From an uncultured delta proteobacterium (lineage in GTDB: Bacteria; Desulfobacterota; Binatia; DP-6), in the NCBI GenBank assembly GCA_963815115.1, contig CAWFFN010000005.1, forward strand, positions 608,001 to 672,000: 64,000 bases of DNA, read 5' to 3'. Under the pieces are notes generated by a model. It did not search any database. It saw only the letters and a list, made by a program, of their open reading frames with translations, and was not told the origin of the DNA. Below are positions 22,201 through 31,129 of the stretch, piece after piece. Position numbers and translations under genes: made by a program. The stretch's first letter is position 1. The number at the start of each line of letters is the position of its first letter.

Positions 22201-24860
22201 ATCGGTGTTCCGCCGGGGTCGACGACGGCGGCCTGCGCCTGGAGATCGCCCCGCTCGAGCACCCAGCGCTCCGCGCGCACCCCTGGCAGCCAGCGTGCAG
22301 GCCAGAGCGGCGCCGCCGCCGACACGGTCTGCGTCTCGCCGTTCGGATCGCGGAACTCGACCTCGGTCGCGAGTCGGCCCGGTGTCGCCGGCCGGGGCAG
22401 CAGGACGAGCCGGGCGCGCGCCGTCCCTGCCGGATCGAGAACGAGCTGCTGGCGCGGCAGGGCGCGCGGCTTCGTCTCGCTGGCCGATTCCTCGTCGTCG
22501 CCGTGAAACACGCCCTCGCGCACCGGACCGTTCGCGATGTCGAAGCCCTCGAGCCCCGGCGGCGACGAGAACACGGACGGCCTGATCTCGGCACGGACCG
22601 TGACGGGCAGCTTGGCCGCCGCGCCGCCGGCGAGATAGCGCACCGCAACGTCGGCGGAGATCTTCTTCGGCGCCACGAGCGGCTCCCCGGGAAGCCGGAG
22701 CGCTCCCTGCATCAGCGGGACGCGGAACTCCTCCACCCGGAAGCTGCCGGCGATGTACTCTCGCGCGCTCCAGTCCGGCTTGCCCGCCGCGGCCGGCCGC
22801 ACCAGGACGACGTCGTAGCGGCCGAGCTTGGCGGCCCGCGGGATCTCCCAGGTGCTCTCGGCGCTGCCGTCGTCGTGCCACGCGAGCGGCTGCTCGTAGT
22901 GCTCGTCGCTCCCGAGATGGCGGATCGAGAGCAGCGTCGGACGCTCCGCAAGAGGTGTCGCCGCGAAGCCGGCGAGCGATGCCTCCCGGAGCAGGTGCTT
23001 CATGTGCACGGTCTCGCCGGCGCGGAACAGCGCGCGGTCGAGGATGCTGTGCGCGATCGTGGGACCGTCCCAGGGCTCGGACGGCAGGCCGAAGCGGAAC
23101 GGCTCGATCCCCTCGTCCCACGACGAGTGCACGAGACCCATGTCGCCGTCGTGCTCCACCGTCACCAGCAGGCCGCCGTCGAGTCCGCGCAACGCTCGCA
23201 CCTGCCGCCAGTCGAAGAAGTTTTCCGGCCAGGTGAGGGTGCAGGACGGGAGCGCGTCGTCGGCGGGCAGCGAGGCGAAGTGCGCCAGGCCGTCCGCGTC
23301 CGTCGTCGCAGTCGCCAGTGCCGTGCCGCGGCAGTCGGCGATGGAGACCAGGGCGCCGCCGACGGGGCGTGCCCCGTCGAGCGTCGTCACCCAGACGAGC
23401 GAGGCCTCGCGGCCCCGCTCGAGATGGACGGAGAGGTCGGTCACCAGGGCGGCGGCGGGCACGAAGATCGGGGCCGGCTTGCCGAGCAGCGCCCTCCCGA
23501 GGCGCGGGCTCGCCAGCTCGACGATGTAGAGTCCCGGCTCGCCGAGCGGAAGACCGATCACCTCCATCGCGCGGTCGGGACGCGCCCGGGGCAGCTTGAT
23601 CGGCCGCGTTGCCGCGCCGGATCGCTCGCCCGCGAAGACCGATCGGGTCCGGGACGATACGGCGACGCGCCGCAACCAGCGCAGCGCGTCCGCCGCCGGC
23701 ACGCGCGCGATGCGGCCACCCACCCGGAGCTGGCGGCCGCCCGCGGCGGGTCCGAGCCCGCGCACCGTGACGGGAAGCGTGGGATCCGCCTTCGCTTCGA
23801 TGATGCCGAAGCGCGCGGCGAACTTGGCGAGCGGCGGGTAGGTGTCGGTTCGCACCGCGAGCGGGAAGCTGCCGTCGTTCTCGAGAGCGCGGCCGGTGTC
23901 GTCGGCGAGGTTGGGGGGCAGCTCGAGGCGGAAGCTCGCCTCGGGCGGGAAGGGTGGCAGGAAGGTGAGCTCGTCGACCCAGCCCTCGCCCCGAGGCAGC
24001 TCGGGACCCCAGCGATGGCCGTCCGGTCCGACGAGGGCCGCACGGGCGGCGTCCGACGACGTCACCGGACTCGAGAAGCGCAGGCGCATCGGCGCGAGGG
24101 GGATGCAGCCGCGGGTCGCGCTCTCGCGCTCGCAGGCGAAGTCGGCCGTGAAACGCGGCCGGGTCGTCCAGGCGATGGTCTGGGGCGCCTCGGTGGCGAC
24201 GCCGCTGGCGGACCGGATTCCCGCGCCCCACGTCAGCGTCACCGCCGCGTCGTTCGGGAAGCGCCGGCGCGCGGCGAGCACGACGAGGGGCTCCTGGCGC
24301 TGCCACTCGGAGAGCGTGGCGAGGATCGCGGCCCGCTCGTCGCCCCGGACCACGGTGACCGGGATGCGCTCCGGCAGTCCGGCGGCGGTGAACCAGGCAT
24401 GCTCTGCGATCGAGGGCTCGTCCGGTACGGCATCGAGCCCGAGCACGAAGGCCTGATCCTCCGCGATCTGATCCTTGGCGGCCGGATCCGGACGCAGGAT
24501 GGCCGGACCGCCGGTCGAGAAGCCGAACGATGCGGCCGCGACCGGCTCGCCGGCGAGCGTCGCGAGTCCCGCGCGCACGCGGAACGTGCAGCGCACCCCG
24601 CCCGGCAGGTCGCGCGCGAAGTCGTAGACCCACGTGCGCGGATCGAGCCAGCGTCCGCTTCCGCCTTCGGGACACTCGATGTCGAACGGTGCGGCCGCTC
24701 GCGGGTCGCCCAGGGCGACGACGGGTGCCGAGAAGTGCGCGCTCGCCTGGCGCACCTGCTTGACGGTCCCCCGCGGGTTGAAGCGGTCGATGCGCGCTGC
24801 ACCGGCCGCGTCTGCCAGCGGTGCGAGGCCGAGAACGAGGACGAGGCACGCGGCGCGCAC
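19275..24860 (-). CDS. Bacterial alpha-2-macroglobulin family protein
   Basis: Signal peptide from GTG 24860; MG domains (DRALFRAGETV, FRVEEFR, DRPVYRP); thioester YPFTCLEQ; PPTRVEALYAPE C-terminus; paired with pbpC. Confidence 0.92.
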   Translation of the reverse strand: MRAACLVLVLGLAPLADAAGAARIDRFNPRGTVKQVRQASAHFSAPVVALGDPRAAAPFDIECPEGGSGRWLDPRTWVYDFARDLPGGVRCTFRVRAGLATLAGEPVAAASFGFSTGGPAILRPDPAAKDQIAEDQAFVLGLDAVPDEPSIAEHAWFTAAGLPERIPVTVVRGDERAAILATLSEWQRQEPLVVLAARRRFPNDAAVTLTWGAGIRSASGVATEAPQTIAWTTRPRFTADFACERESATRGCIPLAPMRLRFSSPVTSSDAARAALVGPDGHRWGPELPRGEGWVDELTFLPPFPPEASFRLELPPNLADDTGRALENDGSFPLAVRTDTYPPLAKFAARFGIIEAKADPTLPVTVRGLGPAAGGRQLRVGGRIARVPAADALRWLRRVAVSSRTRSVFAGERSGAATRPIKLPRARPDRAMEVIGLPLGEPGLYIVELASPRLGRALLGKPAPIFVPAAALVTDLSVHLERGREASLVWVTTLDGARPVGGALVSIADCRGTALATATTDADGLAHFASLPADDALPSCTLTWPENFFDWRQVRALRGLDGGLLVTVEHDGDMGLVHSSWDEGIEPFRFGLPSEPWDGPTIAHSILDRALFRAGETVHMKHLLREASLAGFAATPLAERPTLLSIRHLGSDEHYEQPLAWHDDGSAESTWEIPRAAKLGRYDVVLVRPAAAGKPDWSAREYIAGSFRVEEFRVPLMQGALRLPGEPLVAPKKISADVAVRYLAGGAAAKLPVTVRAEIRPSVFSSPPGLEGFDIANGPVREGVFHGDDEESASETKPRALPRQQLVLDPAGTARARLVLLPRPATPGRLATEVEFRDPNGETQTVSAAAPLWPARWLPGVRAERWVLERGDLQAQAAVVDPGGTPIAGAPVRIDVFERRTSSTRKRVVGGFYAYDHTTEVRRVGELCRGVTDPQGRFACSGRPAVGGDVVLQASVTDPDGHTAAASTDVWVSRGQQWWFETGDADRIDVLPERRHYDPGETARFQVRMPFREATALVTLEREGVMDARVVSLSGTAPVIELPVEAAWAPNVFVSVLVVRGRVGDVQPTAMVDLGRPAFKLGIAEIEVGWRAHTLDVTVTTDRPVYRPREHAAATIAVKDADGKPLAAGGEIAVAVVDEGLLELAPNQSWKVLDAMMGRRGYGVRTATATLEVVGKRHYGLKAIPGGGGGGRQPTRELFDTLLLWQGRVALDANGEAHVDVPLNDSLTSFRIEAIATAGLGMFGSGGTSIRSTQDLMVLPGLPPLVREGDRFRAGLTVRNTTDRAMTVDLRGTVAGLTEPLAPQTLSLAAGEAAVAGWDVTVPAGATSLAWDVEVAERGGAADHVRVTEQVLPAVPVTTLAATLLQWTPDGAPVPVQRPDDALADRGGVAVSLAPSLDAGLDGVRDWMRRYPFTCLEQRVSRAVALGDQAIWRDVTAALPAFQDRDGLLKYFPTQAEGSEVLTSYVLALSSTAGWALPGDARDAMLQGLRRFADGKLRRDSRLPDLPLRKLAALEALSRYGRAEASDLQSIEAEPELWPTSAVLDWWSILRRVPGVPDRAARLAQAEQIVRARLDLSGTTLRFSTAAQDDLWWFMTGPAVNAGRLALLLTDAGAWHDELPRLVRGALGLQRGGHWGTTPANAWGTLAVERFTRAFEATPVTGLTTVVLGGEREAVTWAKTPAGGTLDLAWPAGPAELSIEHAGTGRPWLTVSSRAAIPLHEPLASGFRITKRVEPIEAAEPGVLHRDDRLRIRLEVEAQSDMGWVVVDDPIPAGASHLASGIGSGAASDAEDLAQLTPTFVERTFASYHAYYEYVPKGRFVAEYVIRLSQPGTFQLPPTRVEALYAPETFGELPNSPLEVR

Positions 24861-24874
24861 CGCTTCGTCCTCGA

Positions 24875-26107
24875 TCAGAAGACGGGATGGATCGCCTTCA
24901 ACCGCTCCTCGGCCGCGGCCACGAGGGCGTCCTCGGCGCGCTCGTCCGCCGCCTCGTAGGTCACCGAGAAGCGGAGGTGCGGCCCGGCGTCGTCCCACGG
25001 GACGGTGACGATCGAGTGCTCGTGGATCAGGTGCTGGCTGGCCGCCTCGGCGTTCTCGAACTGCAGGCCGCCCGCCGTGCCGCGCGGGGCCTGGACGTAG
25101 AGGAAGTAGGTGCCGCCGGGCATGTCGCACGTGAAGCCGCACCGCCGCAGCATGGCGACGAGCTTCTCGAGGCGCCGGCGGTACTTGTCGCGGGTGCGGC
25201 GCGGGATGTCGAGATCGTCGAGGGCGGCGATGGCGGCCTTCTGGATCGCAATGAACTGACCCGAGTCGCTGTTGTCCTTGACGTCGGCGAGCGCCTGCAC
25301 GAGGCGGGCGTGGCCGCAGAACCAGCCGAGCCGCCAGCCGATCATGTCGAAGCCCTTCGACATGGAGTGGATCTCGATGCCGACGTCCCTGGCGCCGGGC
25401 ACCGCGAGGAACGAGAGCGGCTCGCCCTCGAACGTGAGCGCGGCGTGGATGGCGTCCTGCACCACGACGACGTGGTGCTCCAGCGCGAAGTCGACCACGC
25501 GCCGGTAGAAGTCGCGGGTCGCGACGACGCCGGTCGGGCTGTTCGGGTAGTTGAGGACGAGGAGCTTGGCGCGGCGCTTCACGTCGGCGGGGATGCCGTC
25601 CAGGTCGGGAAAGAAGCCGTGCTCGCGCAGCAGCGGCAGCCGGTGCACCTCGCCGCCGTAGTACCGCGTGTGCGTGCCGGCGACGGGGTAGCCCGGCACG
25701 GTCATGAGCGTCACGTCGCCCGGGTTGATGAAGCAGGCGGGGATCATGGCGAGCGCCGGCTTGCCGCCGATCGAGTGGTTGACCTCCGTCTCCGGATCGA
25801 GCCGGACGCCGAAGAAGCGCTCCATGAAGCGTGCCGCCGCCTGCTTGAAGGCCGCGATGCCGTTGTCGGCGTAGCCGCGATTCTCCGGCTTGCCGATCTC
25901 CTCGGCCATGACGCGGCGGACCAGCTCGGGCGCCACGCCGTCGTTCTCGCCGATGCCGAAGTCGAGCAGCTGCCGCTCCGGGTGGTCGGCCAGCGCCTGA
26001 CGCTTGGCACGCTTGATCTTCTCGAACTTGTAGATCTCGGTGCCCTTGCCGTAGCGCGCGCCGCCGATGCGGTCGGCGAAGAGGGTCTGGAAGTAGGGGT
26101 CGCTCAT
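24875..26107 (-). CDS. dapL: LL-diaminopimelate aminotransferase
   Basis: YKFEKIKRAK, LNYPNSPTG, HSMSKGFDMIGWRLG (PLP lysine), DNSDSGQF. Confidence 0.85.
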   Translation of the reverse strand: MSDPYFQTLFADRIGGARYGKGTEIYKFEKIKRAKRQALADHPERQLLDFGIGENDGVAPELVRRVMAEEIGKPENRGYADNGIAAFKQAAARFMERFFGVRLDPETEVNHSIGGKPALAMIPACFINPGDVTLMTVPGYPVAGTHTRYYGGEVHRLPLLREHGFFPDLDGIPADVKRRAKLLVLNYPNSPTGVVATRDFYRRVVDFALEHHVVVVQDAIHAALTFEGEPLSFLAVPGARDVGIEIHSMSKGFDMIGWRLGWFCGHARLVQALADVKDNSDSGQFIAIQKAAIAALDDLDIPRRTRDKYRRRLEKLVAMLRRCGFTCDMPGGTYFLYVQAPRGTAGGLQFENAEAASQHLIHEHSIVTVPWDDAGPHLRFSVTYEAADERAEDALVAAAEERLKAIHPVF

Positions 26108-26332
26108 GGTGGCGTCTCCGCTCGGGGGATCGGGACGCTTCTATACGCCGCAACCGGGTGGGAACAAGGTTGGGGAGGGGGGAGGTTGCCCGGGACGCCA
26201 CGAGCGGACGGTCGCCCAGTATGGAGTCCATTGACGTGTCGGTGCGCGGGGCCTATCTGTCGCGGCTGCGTAGATCTCGTGCCTGGAGCGGTTCGCGTTT
26301 TGCCCGAGATGCGAAAGGAGGTGGGTGGGAGC

Positions 26333-27316
26333 GTGACGCCCGTCTCCGCGAACGCTGCTCCGTCGCGTTCGAAGCTTCGACCGCGAGCGGCGATGCTGGC
26401 GCTCGGGATCGCCGTCGCCGGGTGCGCGACCCAGGCCGACCTGAGGGAGCAGGGGCGGGCGTTCCAGGGGATGATCGACCAGCAGTCACGCTCCATCGAG
26501 GATCTGAAGCACGCGATCGAGGGACTACGCACCGAGGTCGAAGGGAAGGGGAGAGGGCCGCGCGCGGTGCCGCCGGTGGCACAGGCTCCCGCCCCGCCGC
26601 CGGCCGGGGAGGAGGTCACCAAGCTCGAGAAGCGCCTCCACGAGCTGGAGCATGAAAAGACGCGCTCCAAGGAGATCGGCATGACCCTGTCTCCCGAGGG
26701 CATGTCGAGCGCGGAGACGGCGGCGGCGGAAACAACGGCAACGACGCCCGGCGCCGCGCCGGCCACGGAGCCGCCACGTGCCGGAGAGAGCCCGGCCGGA
26801 GGCGTGGCGCCGGGGGAGAAGGAACCGCCGCCGCAGCTCGCGGCCGTACCGCCGACCCCGCCACCCCCGCCGCCGGTGCCGATCGACGCAAGCTGGAAGC
26901 GGGAGGTCGCGCAGGACCAGGCGGTGGTGAGCGCGATGGCCGTCCCCGAGCGGTCCGAGTACCTCGGGGCGCTCGACAGCCTGGCGAAAGGCGACTGCGC
27001 GACGGCGGCCCCCCGGCTCGGCACGCTCGCCGCGGGCCCGAAGTCTCCGCTCAGTGACAACGTGCTCTACTGGCAGGCGCGCTGCGCGGCGGCGCGAGGA
27101 GACATGAAGGAAGCGGAGTCGAAGCTCGAGGACGTCGTCACCCGCTACCCGAGGGGCGACAAGGCTCCCGCCGCGCTCCTCGAGCGCGGCAAGCTCCTCA
27201 TCCGCACGGGAGATGAAGCGAGTGCCCGGATGACGCTCTCCAAGCTGATCAAGGAGTATCCGAGCACGGCGGAAGCGGCGCAGGCGCGGCTCAAGATCAC
27301 CGAGATCGAGCGCTAG
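26333..27316 (+). CDS. Tol-Pal-associated TPR protein CpoB/YbgF-like lipoprotein
   Basis: GTG after AAAGGAGG; lipobox VAGC; coiled coil; TPR motifs LSDNVLYW, RYPRGDKAPAALL, KEYPSTAEAAQA. Confidence 0.75.
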   Translation: MTPVSANAAPSRSKLRPRAAMLALGIAVAGCATQADLREQGRAFQGMIDQQSRSIEDLKHAIEGLRTEVEGKGRGPRAVPPVAQAPAPPPAGEEVTKLEKRLHELEHEKTRSKEIGMTLSPEGMSSAETAAAETTATTPGAAPATEPPRAGESPAGGVAPGEKEPPPQLAAVPPTPPPPPPVPIDASWKREVAQDQAVVSAMAVPERSEYLGALDSLAKGDCATAAPRLGTLAAGPKSPLSDNVLYWQARCAAARGDMKEAESKLEDVVTRYPRGDKAPAALLERGKLLIRTGDEASARMTLSKLIKEYPSTAEAAQARLKITEIER

Positions 27317-27487
27317 ACAATGGTGCGGGCCATGAGGTCTCTACGGGACGATCTCGAACCCGGCGGCGCCGAAATGTCGGTCGAGTGTGAACGCCCGCCG
27401 CAGGTTGCGGTCACGCATGACAAGGAGATGGTGGACCCCGGCCGGGGCAGTGCGTCGGGGCCGTGACACCGCGCCCGCGATCTGTTT

Positions 27488-29128
27488 TCACTCCGGGTAG
27501 TACGCCGCCGTCAGCGTGCACATCTCGTCGTCCGTCGTGAGGCCGAACTTCACGTCCGTCGGGTTGCCGGTCGCATCGCGCCGGACGTCGCGGGTGACGC
27601 CGTTGTCCTCGAGGCACTCGTAGTCGATGTGGTCGCCGGGGGCGAGCACGATCGGCGGGTCGAACGGCCACCAGACCGGATGGGCCCAGTCGAAGTTCTC
27701 GAAGATGACCGTGCCGTCGGCATGGCGCGCCGTGAAGCGGAGGCCGCGCTTGTGCATGTGTCCGGCGAGCTGGACGATCACCATCGACTGGGGCCCCGCG
27801 TTGACCAGCCGGCCGGTCTGGAGCTTCTGCGTGCCGGGCGGGACGTCGATCGAGAACATGTCGTCGAAGTCGGTGAGGGTCTGCACGACGTGCGCCGGCG
27901 TGCCGTCGAACGGGTAGATGTTGACCCAGACCCTGATCGGCACCGGCACGTCGAAGTCGTTCGCGTAGTGCGCGTTGAGGCCCAGGTAGCCGCCGGCCGG
28001 CAGCACGCGCGCCATGCCGTCGGGCAGCGTGTCGACGAAGTAGGGCGCCTGCGGGGCGCCGCTCAGCGTCGCGCCGAACATGGCGCCCGAGATGCAGCCG
28101 GCGTCGTTCGCGCCCCAGACGCCGGTGGTCGGCGTGCCGGGCTTGTCCCACTGGAACACGGCGAAGTGATGGGTGCCGGGGTTGAGGGTGAACTCCCATC
28201 TGCCCGCCGTGAAGTCCGCGGGGTACGGCGTGGGAATCCAGAGGCAGCCCTCCTGCTCCTGTCCCGGCTCCAGGGTGGGGCCGTCGAGCTCGAGCTGGTA
28301 GCCGCCCGCCGGTACCGGCGGCTGCGTCACCGGGACGAACTCCGGGGGCGGCAGGCAGGGAGCGCTCTCGACCCGCCCGGTGCGCGGGGCGCCACCCGCG
28401 ATCCACGCCTCCACCAGGGCGATCTCGTCGCCGCTCAGCGGCGCGCCCACGAGCGGCATGCGGCTGCCCTCGCCGGCCGCGAGCGTTCCGCGCAATTTCC
28501 TGACCAGGAAGCTGGCCGCGGGATCGCCGGGGACGACGCGCGTGACGTCCGCGGCGCCCGTCGCCGGAGCGCCGACGAGCTGGTCGTACGACACGTCGGG
28601 CAGCAGATCCAGATTGCCGCTCCGGTACGCGCCGTGGCAGGTGCTGACGTTGCACCCGTGCGCACCGAAGATGCGCCGCTGGATCGTGGCGAAGGTGTCG
28701 AGACCCTGCGTGCAGCTGGTCACCGCGGCGGCGCGGGTGGCCCGGAACCAGCGCGGACGGCCGAGTCTCGTCGCGTGGGGATAGGCGATGCGCAGCGTGC
28801 CCCTCATCTCGTTGCACGACGCGCGGTCGATGGTGGCGGAGAGCACGGCCATCCGGAGGCCGCCACATAGTCCCTTCCAGCGCGCCTTCACGACCGTGCC
28901 GCGCTTCCTGGGCTTCATCCTGACGGCCGTCGGGGCGCACGGGCCGACGATGGACGCCTCCGTGGACGTCAGCAGCACGGCCTGCGCATTCTGCCGTCCC
29001 GGCATGACGAGCGGTGAGCCCGCGACCACGAAGCGTCCGGGAGCGCAGGGCGGTGGGACGGCGCGGGCGTCGCGCGCGAGGAGCAGCAGGAACGGCGCCG
29101 CGAGCAGGGTCAGCGTGTGCTGGCGCAC
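27488..29128 (-). CDS. Secreted protein with cytochrome c-like domain and copper type II monooxygenase-like (PHM/DBM) domains
   Basis: Signal peptide; GCNVSTCHG...PGDPAASFLVRKL...RMP...WIAGGA; GTHHF, LNAHY, HMH, DEMC. Confidence 0.65.
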   Translation of the reverse strand: MRQHTLTLLAAPFLLLLARDARAVPPPCAPGRFVVAGSPLVMPGRQNAQAVLLTSTEASIVGPCAPTAVRMKPRKRGTVVKARWKGLCGGLRMAVLSATIDRASCNEMRGTLRIAYPHATRLGRPRWFRATRAAAVTSCTQGLDTFATIQRRIFGAHGCNVSTCHGAYRSGNLDLLPDVSYDQLVGAPATGAADVTRVVPGDPAASFLVRKLRGTLAAGEGSRMPLVGAPLSGDEIALVEAWIAGGAPRTGRVESAPCLPPPEFVPVTQPPVPAGGYQLELDGPTLEPGQEQEGCLWIPTPYPADFTAGRWEFTLNPGTHHFAVFQWDKPGTPTTGVWGANDAGCISGAMFGATLSGAPQAPYFVDTLPDGMARVLPAGGYLGLNAHYANDFDVPVPIRVWVNIYPFDGTPAHVVQTLTDFDDMFSIDVPPGTQKLQTGRLVNAGPQSMVIVQLAGHMHKRGLRFTARHADGTVIFENFDWAHPVWWPFDPPIVLAPGDHIDYECLEDNGVTRDVRRDATGNPTDVKFGLTTDDEMCTLTAAYYPE

Positions 29129-29159
29129 GCGGCCCTCATCGCGCCGCCGGCCCCGGCCG

Positions 29160-30197
29160 TCAAGGGGCGGCGCCCCGTCCCGGCGGCCGGATGCCGAGGA
29201 GCTCCTCCTTGCGGCCGCGCTCGACCAGCGCGCGGCCGGCTTCGAGCAGCGGACGGCCGCGATGGAGGACGTGGTACACCTGCTCGGTGATCGGCATCTC
29301 GACCCCTAGCCGCTGCGACAGCCCGTACGCCGCCGCCGCCGTCGAGAAGCCCTCCGCGACGGCGCGCTGGCTGGCGAGGTAGCTGGCCGGATCGACGCCC
29401 TCGGCGATGCGCTTCCCGAGCGTGCGGTTGCGCGACAGGTCGCCGGTGCAGGTGAGCACCAGGTCGCCGACGCCGGCCATGCCGAGGAAGGTGAGGGGAT
29501 CGGCGCCCAGTGCCACGCCGAGCCGGGTGATCTCGGCGAGGCCGCGGGTGATGAGCGCCGCCCGGGCGTTGGTGCCGAAGTTCAGGCCGTCGCAGGCGCC
29601 CGTCGCCACCGCCAGCACGTTCTTGATCGCGCCGCCGACCTGCACGCCGATCGGGTCGGCGCTGGTGTAGACCCGCAGCGCGACCGAGTGCACCAGCGCC
29701 TGCAGCCGGCGCGCGGCCAGCATGTCGGCCGACGCCACGACCACGTCGGTCGGCAGCCCCTGCGCGACCTCGCGTGCGAAGGTGGGCCCGGACAGGAACC
29801 CGAGCCGCTCCGGCGCGAGGTCCGGCATCGTCTCCGCGATCACCTGTGACATGAGCAGGAGGCTGCCCTCCTCGATCCCCTTGGTCGCGACGACCACCGT
29901 CGCGTCCGGCGGCACGGCGGACGCGATGGCGGCGGAGACGCCTCGCAGGTGGGTCGACGGCGGAACCAGGATCACGATATCGGCACCGGCGACGACCGCC
30001 GCGGCGTCCTGCGACGCCCCGATCGTGTCCGGCAGCGCGATCCCGGGCAGGAAGGCCGTGTTGGTGTGCGCCGCGCAGATCTCCTCGGCAACCTCGCGCT
30101 CGAACGCCCACAGCATCACCTCGTGCTCGAGCCGCGCCAGGTGCGCGGCGAGCGCGGTTCCCCAGGCTCCGGAGCCGACGACGGCGAAACGTGCCAT
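29160..30197 (-). CDS. gpsA: NAD(P)H-dependent glycerol-3-phosphate dehydrogenase
   Basis: GSGAWGTALA, TKGIE, LSGPTFA, GGAIKNV, GDLVLTCT..LSRNR. Confidence 0.95.
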   Translation of the reverse strand: MARFAVVGSGAWGTALAAHLARLEHEVMLWAFEREVAEEICAAHTNTAFLPGIALPDTIGASQDAAAVVAGADIVILVPPSTHLRGVSAAIASAVPPDATVVVATKGIEEGSLLLMSQVIAETMPDLAPERLGFLSGPTFAREVAQGLPTDVVVASADMLAARRLQALVHSVALRVYTSADPIGVQVGGAIKNVLAVATGACDGLNFGTNARAALITRGLAEITRLGVALGADPLTFLGMAGVGDLVLTCTGDLSRNRTLGKRIAEGVDPASYLASQRAVAEGFSTAAAAYGLSQRLGVEMPITEQVYHVLHRGRPLLEAGRALVERGRKEELLGIRPPGRGAAP

Positions 30198-30281
30198 GCC
30201 GCCACCATACCTCCGCGAGCGGGGATGGGGCGAGCCCGTGCCCGGCGCCGGGTGATGGCCCCGGAGCGTGTCGTCACACGC

Positions 30282-31106
30282 TCAGCCGCCGGACGTCGGT
30301 GCCATCCCGGGCTGTGCGTGCAGGCGCATGAGCACCGCCGCCGCGCGCGACCGCAGGTCCTGCTCGTGCGCGTTGCTGGCGATCGCGCGCATGAATTGCT
30401 CGATGTTCGGGCCGCCGAGGCGTTGCGCGGCGCCGGCCAGCGTCTGATCGTCCATCCCGCCGACGGCATTCTGGAACGCCTGCAGGACGCTCGGATCTCC
30501 CTCGACGGTCTCGATGCAGGTCTTCGCGGCCGCATTGCGCACCTCGGAGCTCTCGTCGTGCAACGCGGTCCTGAGGAGCTGGTCGAAGGTTGCGACGTCG
30601 GCTCCGAGCGCGTGCGCCAGGATTCCGCTGATGGGAATCGGCGGATGATTGCGCAGCGGCAGCATGACGCTGCCGGCCAGGAGAGCCATCTCGGGAGGAA
30701 GTGGCTCCGGCTGCGCGGGCGCCGCCTGCACCGAGACCGCCGGCCCGGATCCCAGCAGCTGGATCTCCCGCAACCCGTGGCGGCCGTAGACCAGGTTGAA
30801 GCTGTTCTTGCCGAACAGGCGGTCGAGGCCCTCGACCAGCGGGACGTTCTCGAAGTCGGCGTTGATGCGCGGGATCGTCGGCTGCGCGCCCTGGATCGTA
30901 GCGCCGGTGCTGCGCGCCAGCTCCTGCAAGACGTCGGCGGTCGCGGCGTCCTTTGCCCGCACCGTGAGCTTGTCGTCGTGGTAGCGCACCACGAGCGGCG
31001 CGGCCGAGCCCGGCGGCTTCTCGTCCGCGCGCGCGGCGCCCGCGAGGCCCACGGCGAGGCTTCCCAGCAGCGCGATGGTGCGGAAGCAGCGCCTGCGCAA
31101 CGACAT
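30282..31106 (-). CDS. Secreted hypothetical protein with secretin/TonB N-terminal-like domain and helical C-terminal region
   Basis: Signal peptide ARA-D; LTVRAKDA..ADVLQELARSTG...INADFENVPLVEGLDRLF. Confidence 0.55.
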   Translation of the reverse strand: MSLRRRCFRTIALLGSLAVGLAGAARADEKPPGSAAPLVVRYHDDKLTVRAKDAATADVLQELARSTGATIQGAQPTIPRINADFENVPLVEGLDRLFGKNSFNLVYGRHGLREIQLLGSGPAVSVQAAPAQPEPLPPEMALLAGSVMLPLRNHPPIPISGILAHALGADVATFDQLLRTALHDESSEVRNAAAKTCIETVEGDPSVLQAFQNAVGGMDDQTLAGAAQRLGGPNIEQFMRAIASNAHEQDLRSRAAAVLMRLHAQPGMAPTSGG

Positions 31107-31129
31107 CCGGTGCGTCCGCGTTGCGGCTG

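Noticed and set aside
17140-24860. alpha-2-macroglobulin plus pbpC as a novel defence system
   Set aside because: Well-described conserved pair with a canonical CxEQ thioester.
24861-26231. 2318-aa ORF suggesting a giant N-terminal extension or dapL fusion of alpha-2-macroglobulin
   Set aside because: The extension is an Arg/Pro-rich alternative frame over dapL. A proper signal peptide begins at GTG 24860.
27317-27487. Possible 48-aa ORF after the cpoB-like gene
   Set aside because: No RBS, motif or other support. Treated as intergenic.
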